This document shows, in pieces, positions 61,791 to 64,000 of a stretch of DNA of 64,000 nt. Origin of the DNA: Isurus oxyrinchus (lineage: Eukaryota); contig JANJGN010000011.1 in NCBI GenBank assembly GCA_026770705.1, positions 20,956,001-21,020,000 of the forward strand, in the 5' to 3' direction. The notes under the pieces were generated by a model that did no database searches, had not been told where the DNA came from, and worked only from the letters and a program-made list of their open reading frames with translations. A program made the translations under genes and the position numbers. Position 1 is the stretch's first letter. Every line of letters begins with the position of its first letter.

Positions 61791-62599
61791 CTTCCGTGGA
61801 GCTTCACTTGCCAAATCTGCGATAAATTCCTGCATGTAAACCTGCTACATGTGTTTAAGATAATGCATGTCATAAGTAAAACTTGAAAGCGAATAAAGAA
61901 TTAATGAGAAAGGGAGCCACAGTTTGAGGAGTGGTGCAAAGTTTGGGAAATGTACTAATGGGAGTGTCCTTGGGACCAGGGCTGAGCCTCTGCACGGGTC
62001 CCCATATCTTTTTTCAAATGGCCAATAGTACTGAATCATGACAAATAGGTTAAGGGCAATGCTGAAGCAGATCTGGCACTGATAGTGCATCTAACACTTA
62101 GCTTGGACACTCATATTATATAGCAATAAACAAACCAGGCAGAATTCTTGCTATATTGCCAAGTCAGTTGATTTATAAGTACAAAATCGATTTGTGTTAC
62201 GATGCAGGTATCCCAGCTTGGCTCCTGAAGGGGGATTTTCAAACATTGGAGGTGCAAATTTGTGGTGAATTTCCAGGGAGTCTGGGGGCATGCTTTACTG
62301 GAAAACGTTATTTTTCTTCATGTCAGATGATACAATTTAACTAATTTTATGTTTCACAATGGATGGATGGTTAATGTTATAGAGAAAAAGAAAATGCCAT
62401 TTCAGTTTTGAACAGAGCATGTAGACCATCAGTCCCCAAAAGTTCTCAACAATTACGCTCCCAATTTCAAACCTTATGACCCCATTCTGACCCAACTTGG
62501 TAGAGGCAATTTAGATTCATGTTCCCCAGAAGCCATTCAATTCCTCATCTTTTCGTGGAGAGACTTGTCCCCTAAACCTACCAGTTGATAATTTATTTC

Positions 62600-63075
62600 T
62601 TCTTCCTCACTTCCCCAAATTCAACTTGGCATATTTTTCTGCTCTTATTCAAGCTGGGACTCTTCCTCCCAACTTGCCCACTGTGCTCCTCCTCATTATA
62701 CGGCTTTTGGCTGCCAGCTTCTGTCTTGTTTTTTGTTCTGTTTCATTTTGCTTCCCCCCGCCCCTCTATCTTCTCTGTCTGTGCCTCTGTCTTCATTTCT
62801 TTGCCCCAGATTGCTGACAATTTCAGGGAATTTGTCTATCATTCGTTTCCCTCTTTTTTTGTGTCCTCTCCCCTCTTCTTACCATACTTCCTCTCATATC
62901 TTTCTCATCTTATTTCTTTCTGTCCTCTCTTCCTTCTCCATTTTTCACTTTCCGATTTGTTCTATCTTTCCCTTTTCTCTCTCCTATCCCTCTGGTTTTC
63001 TGTCTTTTAATTTCTTTTTTCTCAATCCCCTCATTTTTCTTATTCGTGTCGCTCTCCTTCACTTCATTCATTTCA
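62600..63075. repeat. Pyrimidine-rich (CT) low-complexity tract
   Basis: ~470 bp strongly C/T-biased sequence producing spurious F/L/S ORFs. Confidence 0.8.
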
Positions 63076-63341
63076 AAGTTCTCCACCATTGTGATGCTGA
63101 AATTCAAATGTAACTGTTTTATTATCCCAATTTACAACTAAAATAAATACTTCAAATAATATGTATCTATTTGCTACTTATTTTAATTTTTACTTATTTA
63201 ATATAACCTATTCTAACTATTCCATATTTTATATTTGAAGAAATGCTTTACTTGATAGAATATATATCATCAGCCAAAAAAAAGAACAGGCAGGTGGGTT
63301 GCTGTGTCCTGGCCCAGGAGAGAACAGGGAAGTTACTTCAG

Positions 63342-63517
63342 CATTTTGCAGCAAGTGTCTGAATAGTCAGAATAACTCTTTCGAGTACAAACACATTTCC
63401 ATCTGTTCCTATTCAGATGCAGTTACATTGTTTCATAGTTTGCCATTGTGAGATTTGAACTCTTGATCTTGGGTTACAAGCCCAGTACCTTAACCACTTG
63501 GCTATTTAGGCCAAGCC
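63342..63517 (-). mobile_element. Short tRNA-Thr(TGT)-derived SINE with perfect 14-bp TSD
   Basis: TSD ggaagttacttcag at 63328-63341 and 63518-63531. Reverse complement has A-box tagccaagtgg, anticodon arm tggg-cttgtaa-ccca and B-box gagttcaaatc. Confidence 0.85.
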
Positions 63518-63574
63518 GGAAGTTACTTCAGTTCTTTTTTTTTATATCTTTTCATTATTCATTCTCAGGATGTA

Positions 63575-64000
63575 ACTCTTGAGTACAAACCCGTTTCCAT
63601 CTGTTTCAGATGAAGTTAGTGTTTCATAGTTTGCCATTGTGAGATTTGAACTCTTGATTTCTTTCGAGTACAAACCCGTTTCCATCTGTTTCAGATGAAG
63701 TTACATTGTTTCATAGTTTGCCATTGTGAGATTTGAACTCTTGATACTCTTTCGAGCACAAACCCGTTTCCATCTGTCTCAGATGAAGTTACATTGTTTC
63801 ATAGTTTGCCATTGTGAGATTTGAACTCTTGATTTCTTTCGAGTACAAATCCGTTTTCATCTGTTTCAGATGAAGTTACATCGTTTCATAGTTTGCCATT
63901 GTGAGATTTGAACTCTTGATACTCTTTCGAGCACAAACCCGTTTCCATCTGTTTCAGATGAAGTTACATTGTTTCATAGTTTGCCATTGTGAGATTTGAA
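63575..64000 (-). repeat. Tandem array of 84-88 bp units derived from the adjacent SINE; runs off window end
   Basis: Units start at 63575, 63659, 63746, 63834 and 63921. Each matches SINE segment 63375-63467 lacking a few bases (ccta). Confidence 0.95.

Noticed and set aside
62585-63113. Hydrophobic F/L/S ORFs resembling membrane proteins
   Set aside because: Translation of a CT-rich tract that lacks stop codons by composition.
63440-63512. Functional tRNA-Thr gene
   Set aside because: Acceptor and T stems pair poorly, and it lies inside a TSD-flanked insertion, so it is a SINE head.
63575-64000. CRISPR-like array
   Set aside because: Units are contiguous near-identical repeats with no unique spacers; vertebrate context and no cas genes.

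Overview
Vertebrate genomic DNA, AT-rich and repeat-dense. The repeat families (CR1 LINEs, Penelope-like elements, Deu-domain and tRNA-derived SINEs, Harbinger remnants) point to a shark or other elasmobranch (inference). Two spliced + strand genes can be built by hand. (1) The last six coding exons (2759-18178, AATAAA at 18487) of a type I membrane protein I cannot name: Thr/Ser-rich mucin stalk, one TM helix, very acidic cytoplasmic tail. (2) The CpG-island promoter and first three coding exons of HERC2 (ATG 26056; exons 26056-26127, 43558-43675, 51345-51482), which continues past the window. Almost all ORF-track entries are LINE fragments or noise. The most notable structures are a ~575-bp inverted duplication explained by a two-step template switch through a CR1 (56299-57760); short hairpin-shaped Penelope insertions with 12-15 bp TSDs and minimal hammerhead motifs, some with a variant core; a tRNA-Thr-derived SINE beside a tandem array of its own B-box segment with 175-bp dimeric periodicity (63342-64000); and a Harbinger transposase fossil split by nested insertions. 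No database search was run. Repeat boundaries are approximate and family names come from recall.
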